NCBI GenBank assembly: GCA_035546575.1 | Contig: DASZWN010000002.1 | Span: 187,319 to 251,318, forward strand | Origin: Minisyncoccota bacterium | GTDB taxonomy: Bacteria; Patescibacteriota; Minisyncoccia; Phycocordibacterales; SBAW01 | Length of the DNA: 64,000 nucleotides | Direction of reading: 5' to 3' | Shown: piece by piece, positions 38,051 through 47,917 of the stretch | How positions within the stretch are numbered: position 1 is the first letter of the stretch | Layout of the letters: every line of letters starts with the position of its first letter | The notes under the pieces: generated by a model | What the model saw: the letters and a program-made list of their open reading frames with translations, nothing else | What the model was told of the DNA's origin: nothing | Databases searched by the model: none | Made by a program: the position numbers and the translations under genes

Positions 38051-38593
38051 ATGGACATGCTCCCCAACTCGATAACGATCACTATCGTATTGCTGACCGC
38101 ATTTCTTTCTTTTATCACGGCTATTAAATACGGGGTCGAGGACGACTTTGTACGTACACGGTTCATCATGACCGCGTTCTTTTTCTTTATAGTAGCAACG
38201 CTCACCGTATCGTTTTGGCACTATACCTTCGACACGCTCCCCTACACGGTGCCTGCATGGGGTTTAGGCGCCTTGATCGGCTATATATTGGGCGTACGCA
38301 CCGAGCAGCAGAAGTTGCGTGACCAAGGTTTGGCTTACTACACCGAGCACTTTGCGCATATCCATATGCAAGACATCGAAAAGCTCAACTGGTGGGCTGT
38401 GATCAACTTCTACTCCGTCATAAGTGCGCTTATTATGATCAATTTGGTGGGCCTAAGCACCGTGATCTTTAAACAAGCCGAGAGTTGGGCGATCATCACG
38501 AGCGTCGTGGGAGCGTTTCTGCTCGGCACCATCGCTCCGTACCTAGTTCATCTTTGGAGCCTGCCTGCCGGCAGGCAGGTATCAAATAAATAG
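38051..38593 (+). CDS. Hypothetical integral membrane protein
   Basis: Start chosen at MDMLPNS. 5 or more TM segments. The 3-prime end overlaps the 20-bp palindrome CCTGCCTGCCGGCAGGCAGG. Confidence 0.5.
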   Translation: MDMLPNSITITIVLLTAFLSFITAIKYGVEDDFVRTRFIMTAFFFFIVATLTVSFWHYTFDTLPYTVPAWGLGALIGYILGVRTEQQKLRDQGLAYYTEHFAHIHMQDIEKLNWWAVINFYSVISALIMINLVGLSTVIFKQAESWAIITSVVGAFLLGTIAPYLVHLWSLPAGRQVSNK

Positions 38594-39286
38594 ACCTGCT
38601 GATATCAAAGCACCGCATACTATCAAAAGCACAACGAGCGAAATATAAAATACGATCCTTGCGCGGCGGCGCTGCTTATCATTCTGCGGGCGTCTAACCA
38701 AGAGCGGCACGCCCGCATTGGCGTACTCGTCGTAGCGGTAGCGCGCAATCGCCAAAAAGTGCGGTAGCTGCCATACAAACAGTATTGCAAAGAGCCACAA
38801 GGCGGTCATATCTAGCGCATGGGCAGCAGCAACGTAACCCACGACCGGCGGCATAGCGCCCGCAACAGCACCCGGAAAAAGGGCGAGGCCCGTACGCGGC
38901 TTGAGCGGCGTATAGATAAGCACGTAGACAACAAATCCGATAAGCGCCATATCGAGCGAGCGCATGTCGAGCGGGAGCATAAGCAGTATCCCGACCGCAA
39001 GCAGTGCAAACCCGAACACGAGCGCATGTGCCGAGACAATACTGCCCGATGGGAGCGCGCGCTTTTGAGTGCGCTCCATTTTGGCGTCGATAAACCGGTC
39101 TGAGTAGTTATTAAAGACGCATGCGCTTGCAACAATGCACGCAAGACCTAGCACCATGGCAGCAAACGCTTTCCAGTCGACTACACCATGCGAGCCAAAT
39201 ATAAATGCAGCAGCCGCAACCGCCACATTCATGTAGACCATGCGCGGCTTGGCGAGGCGATAATACGAGCTAATCAGTGTCGGCAT
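38582..39286 (-). CDS. cyoE: Protoheme IX farnesyltransferase (heme O synthase)
   Basis: UbiA-family prenyltransferase motifs (NNYSDRFIDAKMERT). Last gene of the cyo operon. Confidence 0.8.
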   Translation of the reverse strand: MPTLISSYYRLAKPRMVYMNVAVAAAAFIFGSHGVVDWKAFAAMVLGLACIVASACVFNNYSDRFIDAKMERTQKRALPSGSIVSAHALVFGFALLAVGILLMLPLDMRSLDMALIGFVVYVLIYTPLKPRTGLALFPGAVAGAMPPVVGYVAAAHALDMTALWLFAILFVWQLPHFLAIARYRYDEYANAGVPLLVRRPQNDKQRRRARIVFYISLVVLLIVCGALISAGLFI

Positions 39287-39632
39287 GAGGGAATATATTT
39301 TCTCCTTTAAATATATCGATGTCGGACATCTGCATATGCTCCAGGTTGGTCATTATCCAAAGCGTACCAACAACAAGAATTAAAACGACAACAACCGCAA
39401 ACACGAGCGCGGTTAAGTTCCACCGCGGCTTGCGCTCCTGCCCTATATGCAAAAAGAAGATCAGCTGCACACATAGCTGTGCGAGGGCCAGGATAACAAA
39501 CCCGAATCTAAGCTCCTGGTGCGTCGGGAATGAGTGCGAGGTAGCTCCGTGCAACCATAAGAGCCCGAGCGGCACGAATGTGAGGAGTATTGAGAGTATA
39601 AAACCGGTTATGTAGGCGTGTTGCGGTTTCAT
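39270..39632 (-). CDS. cyoD: Quinol oxidase subunit IV
   Basis: About 120 aa, 3-TM CyoD/QoxD-like protein in the expected operon position. Confidence 0.65.
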   Translation of the reverse strand: MKPQHAYITGFILSILLTFVPLGLLWLHGATSHSFPTHQELRFGFVILALAQLCVQLIFFLHIGQERKPRWNLTALVFAVVVVLILVVGTLWIMTNLEHMQMSDIDIFKGENIFPHADTD

Positions 39633-39635
39633 AGT

Positions 39636-40205
39636 TTAGAGCGAGCCAAACAGATACACAAACGTAAAGATAAAGATCCAGATAATATCGAGGAAGTGCC
39701 AGAACAAGCTTAGTATGGTAAGCCGGCGCACCGCAGTATCGGTAAATCCCCGCCTCCATATATAGGCTGCGAGTATCAGCATCCAGAGCAGGCCGATCGA
39801 TACATGGAGCCCATGCGTGCCAAGGAGCACGAAGAACGAGGAGAGGAACGCGCTCACCCCAGGCCCGCTCCCCTCCCCAACTAGATGCACAAATTCGCTA
39901 CCTTCAAGCAATATGAAGAAGAATCCCAGTATCCACGTTGCCGCAAGCGCAAAAAGGGACTGCGCTTTTTTACCCTCGCGTGCCCGCAAGACTGCGATCC
40001 CTGCGGTAAAGCTGGAGCTGAGCAGTACTACTGTTTCCAAAAGCACAAACGGCAGGTCAACAATCGTTTCTATAGATACTCTGCCAAAGGTTGCATCTTG
40101 GAGCACTGCATAGGTGGCAAAAAGGCCGGCAAACAAAACGCAGTCGCTCATGAGATATACCCAGAAGCCGAAGGTTACTTTGTCGAGTAGAGATTCTTCT
40201 TTCAT
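39636..40205 (-). CDS. cyoC: Heme-copper quinol oxidase subunit III
   Basis: Subunit III-like 5-TM sequence ([16 protein letters not shown]). Confidence 0.8.
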   Translation of the reverse strand: MKEESLLDKVTFGFWVYLMSDCVLFAGLFATYAVLQDATFGRVSIETIVDLPFVLLETVVLLSSSFTAGIAVLRAREGKKAQSLFALAATWILGFFFILLEGSEFVHLVGEGSGPGVSAFLSSFFVLLGTHGLHVSIGLLWMLILAAYIWRRGFTDTAVRRLTILSLFWHFLDIIWIFIFTFVYLFGSL

Positions 40206-42115
40206 ATGGTTATGGTGTGCTCTGTGTGTTCCTCAAGTGAGCGGATTATCAGCACGATAACGATAGCCACGATACCAAGTACTGCGAGCCACCACATGTG
40301 CCATACCATCGCAAAACCGAACGCAAATGCACACGCAGCGATAATACACCCAATAAACGAGTTATTTGGAATTTCAATCTCGACTTTCTTTTCAGAAATA
40401 GTTTTAAGATTTTGTTTTTTTATCTCCCACCACGCATCTCTGTCGGTAACAGTCGGGATCACCGCAAAGTTGTAGTGCGGCGGCGGCGAAGAGGTCGACC
40501 ACTCGAGCGTGCGGCCGTTCCATGGATCGCCAGTAGTATCGCGATACTGGTTGCGCTGTTTGATGCTGACAACAAGTTGGAGGAATTGGAAAAAGATCGC
40601 AAGCGCTATAACGCATACGCCAAGCGCGGCAACAATAAAGAGCGGCTGCCAGCTCGGGTCTACCACATCGAGCCTGCGCGTTGCGCCCATAAAGCCCAAA
40701 ATGTAGAGCGGCATAAACGCGAGCAAAAACCCGGTGATCCAGCTCCAAAAGGCGTAGCGACCAAGGCGCTCGTTGAGGGTAAAGCCAAATAGTTTTGGGA
40801 ACCAGTATGCAAGCCCCGCAAAATAGCCAAACAGCACGCCTCCGATAACCATGTTATGGAAGTGCGCTACCAAAAACAGGCTGTTGTGGAGCTCAAAGTC
40901 CGCGGCGGGCACCGACATAAGCACCCCTGTCATGCCGCCGATAATAAACGTGCTGAGGAAGCCCATAAACCACAGCATTGGCGTTGGGAATAAAATCCGC
41001 CCGCGGAACATCGTAAACAGCCAGTTAAACACCTTAACGCCTGTTGGTATCGCAATCACCATGGTCATGATGCCAAAGAACGCGTTTACATCCGCTCCCG
41101 CGCCCATCGTAAAGAAGTGGTGCACCCATACCAAAAACGAGAGTACGACAATGCTCATGGTCGCAACGACCATTGAGGTATAGCCAAAAAGCTTTTTTTG
41201 CGAAAAGACCGGAACAATTTCGGAGAATATGCCGAAGGCTGGCAAAATAAGGATATATACCTCCGGGTGGCCCCAGGCCCAAATGAGGTTGACGTACATC
41301 ATGGCCGAGCCGCCTAAATCGGTCGTAAAAAAGTGCATACCGAGCGTGCGGTCGAGTGCTAGGAGCGCTAACGTGACCGTGAGTATCGGAAAGGCAAATA
41401 TCACAAGGATCATCGAACCGAGGCTGGTCCAGACAAAAATCGGCATGCGCATGAGGCTCATACCCGGCGCGCGCATTTTTATAATCGTTACCAAAAAGTT
41501 AATACCGGCAGCAAGCGTGCCCACGCCCGCTATCTGGAGCGCCCAAATGTAGTAGTCAACCCCTACCCCGGGGCTATACGCGAGTTCGGAGAGAGGCGGG
41601 TATGCAAGCCAGCCGGTTGCGGCAAAGTCGCCGATTACGAGCGAGGCGTTGAGAAGCATCGCGCCCACAACCGTGAGCCAAAAGCTTATCGAGTTGAGGA
41701 GCGGGTAGGCCACGTCGCGTGCGCCGATCTGCAGCGGCACGATAAAGTTAAGCAGCGCAAACATGAACGGCATCGCGACAAAAAAGATCATGATAACTCC
41801 GTGCGCTGTAAAAATCTGCCCGTAGTGCTCGGGGGTGAGAAACCCGGGGCTCCCGGGCAAGCTGGTGGCCTGTTGCACGCGCATCATTGCCGCGTCGGCG
41901 CCGCCGCGGAATAGCATGACAACCGAGAGTATCAGATACATCACGCCGATTTTTTTATGGTCGAGGGTTGTGAGCCACTCGCGGTAGAGCCAGCCCCACG
42001 CACGGTAATAGAGCACGAGCCCCATTACCGCAATGCCGCCAAAGACCACCATGAGTTGCGGTACTGTCTCGATCGGTCCATGTATGAATGCTTGTGGGGT
42101 AAGGATGCCAAACAT
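40202..42115 (-). CDS. cyoB: Heme-copper oxidase subunit I
   Basis: [17 protein letters not shown] and other conserved His ligand regions. 637 aa. Confidence 0.95.
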   Translation of the reverse strand: MFGILTPQAFIHGPIETVPQLMVVFGGIAVMGLVLYYRAWGWLYREWLTTLDHKKIGVMYLILSVVMLFRGGADAAMMRVQQATSLPGSPGFLTPEHYGQIFTAHGVIMIFFVAMPFMFALLNFIVPLQIGARDVAYPLLNSISFWLTVVGAMLLNASLVIGDFAATGWLAYPPLSELAYSPGVGVDYYIWALQIAGVGTLAAGINFLVTIIKMRAPGMSLMRMPIFVWTSLGSMILVIFAFPILTVTLALLALDRTLGMHFFTTDLGGSAMMYVNLIWAWGHPEVYILILPAFGIFSEIVPVFSQKKLFGYTSMVVATMSIVVLSFLVWVHHFFTMGAGADVNAFFGIMTMVIAIPTGVKVFNWLFTMFRGRILFPTPMLWFMGFLSTFIIGGMTGVLMSVPAADFELHNSLFLVAHFHNMVIGGVLFGYFAGLAYWFPKLFGFTLNERLGRYAFWSWITGFLLAFMPLYILGFMGATRRLDVVDPSWQPLFIVAALGVCVIALAIFFQFLQLVVSIKQRNQYRDTTGDPWNGRTLEWSTSSPPPHYNFAVIPTVTDRDAWWEIKKQNLKTISEKKVEIEIPNNSFIGCIIAACAFAFGFAMVWHMWWLAVLGIVAIVIVLIIRSLEEHTEHTITI

Positions 42116-42116
42116 A

Positions 42117-42935
42117 TTAGTGATGATGCGCGCCAGGGCTCAGGAGGTCCATGTACTTTTCCATGATCGTAGTATACAGACCATCTTCTACCTCTCCATA
42201 ATATGCCACAGGGTCGCCAGTGCTTGGCCGAGCAAGAAAAGTATACGAATCGTCGGAGAGCACATTGGCGGAGAGCTTGGTCGTTTGTGCCCATGCATCA
42301 AACTCGTCTTCCGGCACCGCTTCGACCACGAACTTCATCCCCGCAAAACCGGCACCACTATAGTTGGCCGAGCCGCCCGCAAAGGTGCCCGTCTCGCTCG
42401 CTTCTAGGTTTAGTACATTGCTCATGCCGGTCATGGCATAAATCTGGCCGCCGAGCTGCGGCACCCAAAACGAGTTCATCGGTGCATCGGCAGTAACTTC
42501 AAACTGTACCGGGCGGCCAACAGGAATGCGCAGATAGTTTATGGTTGCGATTCCCTCTTCCGGATAGATAAAAAGCCACTTCCAATTGAGCGCTACAACC
42601 TGCACCACCAATGGCGGTTCACCCCGAGCAGAGTCGAGGGGCTTATTGGGCGCAAGCGCGTGCGTGCTGCTCCAGGTGAGGGCGCCCAGAATAAGGATGA
42701 TCTCAAAGGGGATTGCCCACCAGACTAACTCGTCCATTTTGGAGTGCTCCCAATCGGGCATATACTTTGCCTTGGTGTTGCCGGCGCGGTATTTCCATGC
42801 AAAAAAGAAAAGGAGTATGTAGACCGGGATAGCCACAATGAGCATAAACTCCACTGCGTGGAGCATAAGCCCGCGCTCGGCAAGGGCAATCGTGCCCGAT
42901 GGTTGTAGCAGTGGGAATGCGCTCGTGAGCGGCAT
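42117..42935 (-). CDS. cyoA: Quinol oxidase subunit II (lacks CuA cysteine ligands)
   Basis: Cupredoxin-fold subunit II with [10 protein letters not shown] but no CxxxC CuA motif, which indicates the quinol-oxidase type. Confidence 0.8.
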   Translation of the reverse strand: MPLTSAFPLLQPSGTIALAERGLMLHAVEFMLIVAIPVYILLFFFAWKYRAGNTKAKYMPDWEHSKMDELVWWAIPFEIILILGALTWSSTHALAPNKPLDSARGEPPLVVQVVALNWKWLFIYPEEGIATINYLRIPVGRPVQFEVTADAPMNSFWVPQLGGQIYAMTGMSNVLNLEASETGTFAGGSANYSGAGFAGMKFVVEAVPEDEFDAWAQTTKLSANVLSDDSYTFLARPSTGDPVAYYGEVEDGLYTTIMEKYMDLLSPGAHHH

Positions 42936-42942
42936 GTGATTT

Positions 42943-43323
42943 TTAAAAGCCCAACGAGATAGTGAGGGCGAAGAGGGCTACGCTTGCAATAACGGGCGAA
43001 AGCACAAGGCGCGTCGGATACACGAGCGCAATGTTGCGCATTTTTGCAAAAAGGGCTGCTTCCACTACCGCGCATACGCCTAGGTACTCAAGAATATGGA
43101 GGCTGAGCGCTGTTGCAGAAAGGTCGGGCGAAGTAATTGCGAGTACGGTGCCGCTAAAAACTTCAAATGCAGCAACTCCCGCAAGTGCGAGCGCAATACT
43201 GCGATACATCTGTACATGTCCGCGCAGTACTGCATAAAGAGCATATAAAATAACCGCTCCGGTCAATGCCGCAGTCGCGAGATGGAGACCTAAGGTAATT
43301 ACGTATGTCATATCTATAATCAT
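42943..43323 (-). CDS. Small 4-TM membrane protein, hypothetical; first gene of the cyo cluster
   Basis: ORF co-directional with and 7 nt upstream of cyoA. Confidence 0.45.
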   Translation of the reverse strand: MIIDMTYVITLGLHLATAALTGAVILYALYAVLRGHVQMYRSIALALAGVAAFEVFSGTVLAITSPDLSATALSLHILEYLGVCAVVEAALFAKMRNIALVYPTRLVLSPVIASVALFALTISLGF

Positions 43324-43336
43324 ACCCTATATTTTG

Positions 43337-43409
43337 TGGACCGGAGGGAAGTCGAATCCCTGACCTCGTCAATGCGAATGACGCGCTCTACCAGCTGAGC
43401 TACCGGCCC
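43337..43409 (-). tRNA. tRNA-Ala (anticodon CGC)
   Basis: Cloverleaf folded by hand: acceptor GGGCCGG with a G3:U70 pair, anticodon loop TTCGCAT, T-loop TTCGACT. Confidence 0.8.
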
Positions 43410-43430
43410 ATAGACACAGAATAAAATATC

Positions 43431-44048
43431 TTATTTCTTGCGTTTGTGCATGTTCCGGTCGGACTCTTTGCGGTCGACAAACCAGCTATCGGCTTTGTTA
43501 AACCACCAAGAATCAGGGCGAGTCTTTGCGAGGAGCCTCCCTAGATCTTTCCCGGCAGGAGTCTTGAGCCGTTTGATTGCAATCACAATCCACTCTTTTG
43601 CCTTTGCGTTGCCTTTTACCTCCTCTTCGCGAAGTGATGCGATCCACTCTAATGTATCTGCATCTTTTACTACCTTTGCTTCGGGAGTTTTGCGATCATG
43701 CTCTTCTACATACACGTCTCGCAGTTCTTTACCAAAAGGAACTGCTTTTGAAATATCTTCAAATGCCGCCGTCTCTGCCAAACGGCCATATCGCTGGTGG
43801 ACATAGTTAAGGTCTGAGGTGCGGCCTTCTGCAAAGTCATGCACAAGCGCCATAAATACTACCTTCTGCTTATCAACTTTAGGCGTGAGGTACGCAAGCG
43901 CATAGGCAATAATCGCCGCACGGAAAAGATGCTCCGCAACAGACTGCTGTCCGCTACCTAAAAACCAATATCCTGATCGCGGCGTATGCCGCAGTATCCC
44001 GGCTTCGTAAATGAAGTCGGTAATTTTTTGTAAGTCGTCTTTTTTCAT
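43431..44048 (-). CDS. HD-domain phosphohydrolase (YfbR-like 5-prime-deoxynucleotidase family)
   Basis: HD motif region (FMALVHDFAEGRTSD). Confidence 0.75.
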   Translation of the reverse strand: MKKDDLQKITDFIYEAGILRHTPRSGYWFLGSGQQSVAEHLFRAAIIAYALAYLTPKVDKQKVVFMALVHDFAEGRTSDLNYVHQRYGRLAETAAFEDISKAVPFGKELRDVYVEEHDRKTPEAKVVKDADTLEWIASLREEEVKGNAKAKEWIVIAIKRLKTPAGKDLGRLLAKTRPDSWWFNKADSWFVDRKESDRNMHKRKK

Positions 44049-44084
44049 AGCTGCCGGCTACCAAAGTCTAAATTCAGAAACAGG

Positions 44085-44109
44085 GTCGGAGTGCCGAGAA
44101 TCGGACTCG
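44085..44109 (-). repeat. Partial duplicate of the 3-prime T-arm and acceptor segment of the downstream tRNA-Pro-like gene (25-bp direct repeat of 44171-44195)
   Basis: Exact 25-bp direct repeat GTCGGAGTGCCGAGAATCGGACTCG, followed by a different hairpin (GGTGCGT-CTC-ACGCACC). Confidence 0.6.
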
Positions 44110-44171
44110 CTGGTGCGTCTCACGCACCAAAATGTAAAAGATACGCACGCATTGTATTTTCGAAGGCTCTG

Positions 44172-44242
44172 TCGGAGTGCCGAGAATCGGACTCGGGTCT
44201 TACGCACCCGAAGCGCATGTAATACCACTATACCACACTCCG
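44172..44242 (-). tRNA. tRNA-Pro-like (anticodon CGG) with a non-canonical T-loop (C55) and a 20-bp extended perfect stem (44160-44179 / 44236-44255)
   Basis: Hand fold: acceptor CGGAGTG/CACTCCG, anticodon stem TGCGC/GCGTA with loop TTCGGGT, T-arm CCGAG-TCCGATT-CTCGG. Thirteen extra perfectly paired bp extend beyond the acceptor stem. Confidence 0.4.
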
Positions 44243-44346
44243 ACAGAGCCTTCGACGAGGCATGTGTTACCATTCCCAAAAGGAAACAGATGCAGCAATA
44301 CTAGCCGAATTTCCAGAAAAAGAAAATGTGCTAAGATGCGGTATGT

Positions 44347-45393
44347 ATGCGGCTGGAGGAGGACGTAAAGCTCGATTTTAAAGATGTCCTTATTCGACCT
44401 AAACGCTCTACCCTCACCTCTCGCTCTGAAGTAGATCTTACTCGCACGTTCGACTTTAAAGTCTCCGGACAATCACTCACAACGGTACCGCTTATCGCCG
44501 CCAATATGGACGGCGTTGGCACCATGGCGATGGCTCGCGCATTTGCTCCGCACAACATGCTCGTGGCACTCCATAAGTATTACTCGGCTGAGGAATTAAA
44601 GAATTTTTTTGAGTCGCTTAATCCAGAGGACGCTAAGTACGTGTTCTACACAATGGGTATTAAGGAGCGCGACGTGCAGCAACTTGATGCGTTGCTCGTG
44701 ATTATGGACGAGGATCGTATTAAGAGTATCTGCATTGATGTTGCCAACGGCTACACCGAGCGTTTTGTCGAGTTTTGCAAGCAGGTCCGGACCCGCTTCC
44801 CCAATAAGATCTTGATGGCTGGCAATGTAGTGACCGGCGAGATGGTCGAGGAGCTAGCGCTGGCAGGAGTCGACATAATTAAGGTTGGTATCGGCCCAGG
44901 CTCGGTATGCACCACGCGCAAAATGACCGGTGTTGGCTACCCGCAGCTTTCGGCCGTTGTGGAGTGCGCAGATGCGGCACACGGCATCGGTGCGCGCATC
45001 TGCTCCGACGGCGGCTGCCAGGTGCCCGGCGATGTGGCAAAAGCGCTCGGTGCCGGAGCCGACTTTGTGATGATGGGCAGCATGTTTGCCGGCCACGAAG
45101 AGGCCGAGATGGAGCGATTTACTAAAAACGGTAAGGAATATTTGAAGTATTACGGCTCTTCTTCCAAAGAAGCGATGCTCAAACACCAAGGCGGTGTAGC
45201 CAAGTATCGCGCGAGCGAGGGCAAAAGCGTTGAGATCGAGTACAAAGGCAAAGTAGAAAACACGCTCCAAGACATTTTAGGCGGCCTGCGCTCGGCGTGC
45301 ACCTATGTCGGTGCCGCGCATTTGCGCGAACTCCCCAAGCGCACCACCTTTATCAGGGTGACGCAGCAGCTCAACCCGCAATATAAAGATTAA
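44347..45393 (+). CDS. guaC: GMP reductase
   Basis: N-terminus [23 protein letters not shown]..., an IAANMD motif and a GSVCTTR catalytic-Cys loop. Strikingly close to enterobacterial GuaC from memory. Confidence 0.9.
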   Translation: MRLEEDVKLDFKDVLIRPKRSTLTSRSEVDLTRTFDFKVSGQSLTTVPLIAANMDGVGTMAMARAFAPHNMLVALHKYYSAEELKNFFESLNPEDAKYVFYTMGIKERDVQQLDALLVIMDEDRIKSICIDVANGYTERFVEFCKQVRTRFPNKILMAGNVVTGEMVEELALAGVDIIKVGIGPGSVCTTRKMTGVGYPQLSAVVECADAAHGIGARICSDGGCQVPGDVAKALGAGADFVMMGSMFAGHEEAEMERFTKNGKEYLKYYGSSSKEAMLKHQGGVAKYRASEGKSVEIEYKGKVENTLQDILGGLRSACTYVGAAHLRELPKRTTFIRVTQQLNPQYKD

Positions 45394-45417
45394 AGGCGCG
45401 CCGATGACGGCGCGCCT
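45394..45417. terminator. Bidirectional hairpin AGGCGCGCC-GATGAC-GGCGCGCCT between convergent guaC and gpt; T-rich tail on the minus strand
   Basis: Perfect 9-bp GC-rich stem. The minus-strand tail is TTTAATCTTT. Confidence 0.55.
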
Positions 45418-45438
45418 GAAATAGTGAGGAGTCTTCGA

Positions 45439-46113
45439 TCAGTCGGAGCCTTGATGGTCTGTTCCATCCAGCTTGTACGAGGGAGTTACTTCTTCGGCCC
45501 GCTCCTCAGGAGAGCGGTACAACTGACCATCCGAGCCCATTGGGATAGGTGGAAAATCAATCGCCATCTCCCACCCGGGTTCGCCACGTGCCACCGGCTT
45601 CCAATCCCATGGAAAGTCGACCCAGCAGTCTTGGTCGACGCTGATAGCGTAGTGATCAACCAAAGGCTTGCCCGAAGTTTTGACTACAGCCGCAACAAAA
45701 ACGTAATCGGTGATGTTCAGCCGCCGCATCTCGCCGCGAACAAACTCGGCCGTCACGCCTGTGTCTGCAACGTCCTCAAAAACGTAGATCTTTCGACGTC
45801 TGGCTTGATGCAACCATTCGACGCTGATGCTTTTGAGGACTCGAAGGCCTTTTTGCTCGCGAGTAGCATCGTACGAGGTCACACCAAAGGTCTCGATGTT
45901 CTTCACCTTGCTGAGCATTGCGGTGAGGATACATGAGACACCCAACCCGCCGCGCGTTACAACGATCGCCTCGGTGATATCGGGGTATTTTTCTTGTAGA
46001 GTCTGCGCGAGCTTCCAAAGCTCGCTATGGAGCATATCCCAGGAAATCGGTAAGGATTTTGTCTCTGGTCTACTCGCAGAAGGCGGAACAAATTTCAAAA
46101 TCTTATGCATCAT
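45439..46113 (-). CDS. gpt: Xanthine-guanine phosphoribosyltransferase-like (type I PRTase) with about 70-aa C-terminal extension
   Basis: PRPP-binding motif VFEDVADTGVT, VSRGGL-like (VTRGGLGVS) region and Gpt-like overall order. Confidence 0.75.
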   Translation of the reverse strand: MMHKILKFVPPSASRPETKSLPISWDMLHSELWKLAQTLQEKYPDITEAIVVTRGGLGVSCILTAMLSKVKNIETFGVTSYDATREQKGLRVLKSISVEWLHQARRRKIYVFEDVADTGVTAEFVRGEMRRLNITDYVFVAAVVKTSGKPLVDHYAISVDQDCWVDFPWDWKPVARGEPGWEMAIDFPPIPMGSDGQLYRSPEERAEEVTPSYKLDGTDHQGSD

Positions 46114-46254
46114 CCTACCCTTTGTTCCGCGATCCGCGCGGCACGGTCGGCTTTTAACCGAGGTTCAAATAACAAGCTGCCTAAGAAATAGCACAGAACC
46201 CAGACATTGTTAAGCATTCAGGCAGTCTTCATATTTTTAAGCGACAATGGGTAT

Positions 46255-46767
46255 ATGCGAGGACAATCACCAGCAACAGTAAATACTATTATTGGTATTA
46301 TATTACTCGTACTTATTATTGGTCTTGGATATTGGTGGTACAGCACCACTCCCTCAGAATCCCAAACACAAATCGGCACCGCCGATGAGCAAGCAGTGCG
46401 CTCGGTCGTAACCAATTTCGGCAAGCAGCTCCAGATGGTGCCGCTTACCGCAAGCTCAGATGACATCGCAAGCGCAGTTGATCGATATTACAAACCGTAT
46501 ATAGCTCCTGAGCTGCTTGAAAAGTGGGAGGCGGCTCCTGCCAACGCGCCAGGCCGATTTACGTCGAGCCCATGGCCGGATCATATCGACATACTGACAA
46601 CCAGCAAAAACCCGGACGGCTCCTATGTTGTTGAGGGAAGCGTGGTTGAGATAACAAGCGCCGAGGTAGAGCAAGGCGGCTCCTCCGACACCTACCCGGT
46701 TGAACTGAAGTTGGAAAACAGAGACGGTAAGTGGTTGATAACCGATTACGCCCGCCGGGCGCAGTAA
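46255..46767 (+). CDS. Membrane-anchored hypothetical protein
   Basis: Start chosen at MRGQSPATV. N-terminal TM segment followed by a soluble domain. Confidence 0.45.
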   Translation: MRGQSPATVNTIIGIILLVLIIGLGYWWYSTTPSESQTQIGTADEQAVRSVVTNFGKQLQMVPLTASSDDIASAVDRYYKPYIAPELLEKWEAAPANAPGRFTSSPWPDHIDILTTSKNPDGSYVVEGSVVEITSAEVEQGGSSDTYPVELKLENRDGKWLITDYARRAQ

Positions 46768-46814
46768 ACAAAAACAGAGAACCCCGACAATTGCTTTCGC
46801 AATCATCGGGGTTC
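46767..46814 (-). terminator. Minus-strand intrinsic terminator (GAACCCCGA...TCGGGGTTC followed by TCTGTTTTTGTTT)
   Basis: 9-bp stem. The T-rich tail is on the minus strand only. Confidence 0.55.
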
Positions 46815-46910
46815 CAGGAAGCGAGGAAACGGTTCTTGTTCTGCCCTTGGCTCGTGCGAGCGAGGTGCAATTACCCGTTTAAGAGGACTAGGTCCTCACC
46901 TTGGCTTTCG

Positions 46911-47192
46911 TTAGCGATCAGACATCGTGATCGAGACACTATTCTTGTTGAACATCTTGCCGACCAATTTCGGCAATATGTCCGCATAGAAATCTCTAAG
47001 CTCATTCAGATCAACTCCGGCGTCCTTGGCGATGTTACCGAGTTCGCGATTGAAGTTGTTCGGGGTCGGCATCGGTGTGCTCAAAAACCGATACTCGACG
47101 AGCTTGAGAGCGATCTCGCCCTTACGTTTGTCGTCCATCTTCTTTCCTTCAAAGTACATCATCCACGAAACTCTCGTGGCAGAGGTTACCAA
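46911..47192 (-). CDS. Small hypothetical protein (93 aa)
   Basis: ORF with a TATAAT-containing upstream region. AT-richer than its surroundings. Confidence 0.4.
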   Translation of the reverse strand: MVTSATRVSWMMYFEGKKMDDKRKGEIALKLVEYRFLSTPMPTPNNFNRELGNIAKDAGVDLNELRDFYADILPKLVGKMFNKNSVSITMSDR

Positions 47193-47308
47193 AGGTCTTT
47201 AGTAACTCTATAATTATACCCCCAAACAATACAAAAGTCAATAGGTCAAGGGAGCTTTAAAATAAGGGTTCTGAGGGCCGGAAAAGAAAAGAGCTACACA
47301 GGGTAGCT

Positions 47309-47848
47309 CTAGGAAAAAATTTCTTCTTCTCGAGTGTCTTTGTCGACAGTGTCTAGCAATTGCATGGCGTTTTTGTAGAACTGTGCCGACTGAGTTACGA
47401 GGCTCCCTTGAAGAGTTTCGATCTCTACGAATACGGGAGCGCCTATAGGGCTCGGGCTATTCCGAACGATATCGTTGCGCGTCTCAAGCCTGCGCCCCGT
47501 TATCTCAAACAACCGAGTGATCGTAATCAGCAAATCTTTGCACTCCTCAACTACCCGATTCGTACTCTCTCGGTTGCGATGGAAACGTGGATCCGTATTC
47601 CGCAACATTTCTAGGGTGTCGATCAGTTCTTGGAGAGAGCCGGGAATAGAGAGTATGGATTGCCACTGGGCATCATAATCCTTGTCCCCTATCTCGATAT
47701 GATCGACTACAAGGTAGAGGAAGAATTTGACGCATCCATGCACGATGTCAGCAACTTGTGAGTAACAACCAACAAATGGTTGCAACTTGCCCCTCTTGTA
47801 GATGTGGTCTCCAAATGCAATGACCTTACCGTCACTTTCTTCTACCAT
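47309..47848 (-). CDS. Hypothetical protein (179 aa), AT-rich relative to the window; possible Rx6H (HEPN-like) motif
   Basis: ORF of about 47% GC against about 57% for the window. RNTDPRFH fits the HEPN Rx4-6H pattern, but only weakly. Confidence 0.45.
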   Translation of the reverse strand: MVEESDGKVIAFGDHIYKRGKLQPFVGCYSQVADIVHGCVKFFLYLVVDHIEIGDKDYDAQWQSILSIPGSLQELIDTLEMLRNTDPRFHRNRESTNRVVEECKDLLITITRLFEITGRRLETRNDIVRNSPSPIGAPVFVEIETLQGSLVTQSAQFYKNAMQLLDTVDKDTREEEIFS

Positions 47849-47917
47849 GAACGTATCCTCCGAATAGGAAAGAACCTGTATAGAAAAGTAGCATTACTAA
47901 TGCCGCTCGGTAAAGCC

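Noticed and set aside
38560-38579. LPAGRQ peptide at the end of the 38051-38593 gene as a fourth copy of the insertion element
   Set aside because: The DNA is a different palindrome (CCTGCCTGCCGGCAGGCAGG). It lacks the GACCATCCCC...CCTGCAGGGAG core. The peptide similarity is coincidental.
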